DNA of 64,000 bases from Eledone cirrhosa (Eukaryota), in contig OZ024760.1 of NCBI GenBank assembly GCA_964016885.1, positions 24,676,001-24,740,000 of the forward strand. The letters are read 5' to 3'. A model generated the notes under the pieces. It did not search any database. It saw only the letters and a program-made list of their open reading frames with translations, and was not told the origin of the DNA. Of this stretch, positions 61,363-64,000 are shown piece by piece (within the stretch, counting starts at the first letter, position 1; each line of letters starts with the position of its first letter). Both the position numbers and the translations under genes were made by a program.

Positions 61363-61480
61363 TTGCATATATATATATACATACATAAATGTATCTCTCT
61401 CTCTCTATCTATCTATATCTCTCTATCTCTCGCTCTCTCTGTATATATATATATATATATAAATACAAACATAGACACAA

Positions 61481-61585
<105 letters not shown>

Positions 61586-61681
61586 CACCGTACGTTAAAA
61601 TTATCCTCAACACAAAATAATCACAATCTCTAGCTGGATTACCTTAAACGACACATTGTTATCCCCCCTCTCTTTCTCTCT

Positions 61682-61771
<90 letters not shown>

Positions 61772-61900
61772 CTACGGAGAAAGACTGAAGTACATGCTTC
61801 AGCCCACATATCTACCTATATATCGGCATACTTACCCACCTGACTAGCGACTTACCAACATACGCCTATATTTATCTTCCATTTCGCTTGGTTATCTACA

Positions 61901-61988
<88 letters not shown>

Positions 61989-62027
61989 TATACACCACAC
62001 ACAAATTTACAAACACACATCCGCATA

Positions 62028-62069
<42 letters not shown>

Positions 62070-62158
62070 TATATATATATATATATATAGAGGTATAACA
62101 CTGGAAGGTAATATCCGTAGGAGTAGAGCACTTAATCCATGGGACGAGTTTGGTAGAA

Positions 62159-62286
62159 GTAGTAGCACAACAGTTAGTTCACTATACCGAGAACAATTGC
62201 TTCACGTTATGCGTAAGGGCATACAATTGTTGAGAAAGGTGAAACAATTGTGCTCGGTACCGTGAACTAACAGTTGTGGTACTACA
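62159..62286. repeat. Imperfect ~47-bp inverted repeat, probable fold-back relic
   Basis: gtagtagcacaacagttagttcac..ccgagaacaattg versus caattgtgctcgg..gtgaactaacagttgtggtactac. Confidence 0.6.
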
Positions 62287-62490
62287 TATATACATACATT
62301 AAGTGTGGCCGAAACTCGAGTCCGGGAACTAATATAGGCACCTGTTTACGTATGTTACTGAGGCGAATAACTATGTGTATACTCTGGATGTAGTCTACAT
62401 TCTCTATTGAGTACGCTGAAATAAAACCGATCCTGGCATTGTTAAATATGCTGGGTCCATCAACTCCTTATTATATATATGTATATATAA

Positions 62491-64000
62491 AGTCATAACT
62501 CACAGATACACAATCATAACTCACAGATACACAGTCATAACTCAGAGATACACAGTCATAGCTCAGAGATACACAGTCATAACCCACAGATACACAGTCA
62601 TAACTCACAGATACACAGTCATAACTCACAGATACACAGTCATATCTCACAGATACACAGTCATAACTCACAGATACAAAGACATAACTCACAGATACAC
62701 AGTCATAACTCACAGATACACAGTCGTAACTCACAGATACACAGTCATAACTCACAGATACACAGTCATAACTCAGAGATACACAGTCATAACTCACAGA
62801 TATAGTCATAAATCACAGATACACAGTCATAACTGACAGACACACAGTCATAACTCACAGATACAGTCAAAACTCACAGATACACATTCATAACTCACAG
62901 TTACAGTCGTAAATCACAGATACACTGACAGATACAGTCATAACTCACAGATACACAGTATTAACTCACAGATACACAGTCTTAACTCACAGATACACAG
63001 ACTTAACTCACAGATACACAGTCTTAACTCAAATATACACAGCCATAATTAACAGATACACAGTCATAACTCACAGATACACAGTCACAACTCACAGATA
63101 CACAGTCATAACTCACAGATACACAGTCATAACTCACAGATACACAGTCATAACTAACAGATACACAGTCATAACACACAGATACAGAGTCATAACACAC
63201 AGATACAGTCATAACTCACAGATACACAGTCATAACTCACAGATACACAGTCATATCTCACAGATAGACAGTCTTAACTCACAGATACACAGTCATAACT
63301 AACAGATACACAGTCATAACACACAGATACACAGTCATAACTCACAGATAGACAGTCTTAACTCACAGATACACAGTCATAACTAACAGATACACAGTCA
63401 TAACTCACAGATACACAGTCATAACTCACAGATACACAGTCATAACTCACAGATACAGTCATAACTCACAGATACACAGTCATAACTAACAGATACACAG
63501 TCATAACACACAGATACACAGTCATAACTCACAGATACACAGTCATAACTCACAGATTCAGTCATAACTCAAAGATACACAGTGATAACTCACAGATACA
63601 GTCATAACTCACAGATACACAGTCATAACTCACAGATACAGTCTTAACTCACAGAAACACAGTCATAACTCACAGATACACAGTCATAACTCACAAATAC
63701 ACAGTCATAACTCACAGATAAACAGTCATGACTCACAGATACAGTCATAACTCAGATACACAGTCATAACTAACAGATACACAGTCATAGCTCACAGATA
63801 CACAGGCATAACTCACAGATTCAGTCATCACTCACAGATACACAGTCATAACTAACAGATACAGTCATAACTCACAGATACACAGGCATAACTCACAGAT
63901 ACAGTCATAACTCACAGATACACAGTAAAAACTCACAGATACACAGTCATAACTCACAGATACAGTCATAATTCACAGATACACAGACTTACCTCACAGA
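62491..64000. repeat. 21-bp minisatellite (cacagtcataactcacagata) with 19-bp variants, runs off the window
   Basis: Direct reading. Confidence 0.95.

Overview
AT-rich, microsatellite-saturated eukaryotic DNA with no supportable host gene. Almost every listed ORF is a reading of a simple repeat. The SINE and repeat content suggests a mollusc, probably an octopus/cephalopod; this is inference. There is a 200-N gap at 9486-9685. The complex sequence between the microsatellites is a retroelement ecosystem sorted by microsatellite type. (1) (TA)n tracts host several unrelated Penelope-like (PLE) families. Together they carry about a dozen minimal type-I hammerhead ribozyme motifs with palindromic stem III, four of them with the U3-A8 core variant. 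Most form fold-back structures with one long and one short arm. One is a ~600-nt terminally redundant retrozyme-like unit, and there are two Naiad-like protein remnants. (2) (TATG/CATA)n tracts host two families of CCHC+RLE non-LTR elements (R4/Dong-like). They also host a ~600-bp non-coding RTE-derived-looking element inserted with the opposite polarity. (3) tRNA-derived SINEs and RTE/CR1 3' fragments are scattered throughout. (4) Several tandem arrays can be traced to local amplification of TE pieces: 29x110 bp from a TTAA MITE end plus its flank, 6x85 bp from an RTE ORF, and a 694-bp higher-order unit. All family assignments come from motif recognition by eye, not from database searches.
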